NCBI GenBank assembly: GCA_036149055.1
Contig: JAYZQJ010000074.1
Location: forward strand, 1-64,000
Source of the DNA: Myxococcota bacterium
Lineage (GTDB): Bacteria > Myxococcota_A > Polyangia > Polyangiales > Sandaracinaceae
DNA: 64,000 bases
Direction: 5' to 3'
Under the pieces are notes generated by a model, which had not been told where the DNA came from, ran no database searches, and saw nothing but the letters and a program-made list of their open reading frames with translations. How positions within the stretch are numbered: the first letter of the stretch is position 1; every line of letters begins with the position of its first letter. Below are positions 63,586 through 64,000 of this stretch, one piece after another. A program made the position numbers and the translations under genes.

Positions 63586-63966
63586 CTAGGCGCGCGTCCA
63601 GCGAGCGACCCGGTAGAGCGGGAGGCGGCGATCGACGTCGCCGACGACGCCGCCCAGCGTGGCGAGCCGGCTCCACGCCAGCCGCCTGGCGCGGACCCGG
63701 AGTCGGCTCCCCGGCGTGATCGCAGCGCCGCAGGGGATGGCCACCGCGACCGGTCGTCGCTCCCCCACCACCCGCGCCCGGTGCAGCGTATGCAGCCGTC
63801 CTCCACCCCCGCACAATGGCGCGGTCCTTGGGGCGGTCTGGATCACCACGTCGAGCGAGATCCACTCGCCGGGCCCGAGGTCGTCCCCCCGCGCCGTGGC
63901 TGACGCCCCGCCGATCGAGGCCGCGAGGACCGCCGCCACGACCCCCGTGGCGTAGCCAGCGTTCAT
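63586..63966 (-). CDS. Hypothetical exported protein
   Basis: 126-aa ORF with a signal-like N-terminus. Confidence 0.4.
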   Translation of the reverse strand: MNAGYATGVVAAVLAASIGGASATARGDDLGPGEWISLDVVIQTAPRTAPLCGGGGRLHTLHRARVVGERRPVAVAIPCGAAITPGSRLRVRARRLAWSRLATLGGVVGDVDRRLPLYRVARWTRA

Positions 63967-64000
63967 GAACCGGAGTCTAGCGCGTCCCTCCGCATCGACC

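Overview
This is a 64 kb window of very GC-rich, gene-dense bacterial chromosome. Gene content (many lipoproteins, a Cys-rich repeat protein, a Ser/Thr kinase, multiheme cytochromes, a RAYT-like transposase) suggests a myxobacterium, possibly Polyangiales/Sandaracinaceae-like; this is an inference. Recognisable blocks are: a HUH/RAYT-like transposase; an SLC13/TrkA-C transporter followed by a heme-rich lipoprotein cluster (an 11-heme cytochrome and a tandem di-heme oxidoreductase); a TolC-MFP-RND pump with a divergent MarR; a Clp-N/ClpS fusion; a HiPIP; kbl-tdh with a divergent asparaginase; an orphan DNA adenine methylase; a carotenoid oxygenase; a hybrid kinase; arfB; a PNPOx-GAF-wHTH regulator facing a cytochrome pair; Prx6; and allB-alc-uraD-uraH. 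The most striking unannotated structure is at about 42.6-43.03 kb on the minus strand. It consists of a near-consensus sigma70 promoter, a 22-aa leader peptide with an attenuator-type terminator, and two non-canonical tRNA-like genes (Tyr-GTA and Gly-TCC), followed by a VanW-domain fusion gene. Several intergenic repeat arrays, a MITE-like element and candidate operators were also seen. All calls come from reading motifs by eye, with no database searches, and many start codons were re-picked from the ORF track.
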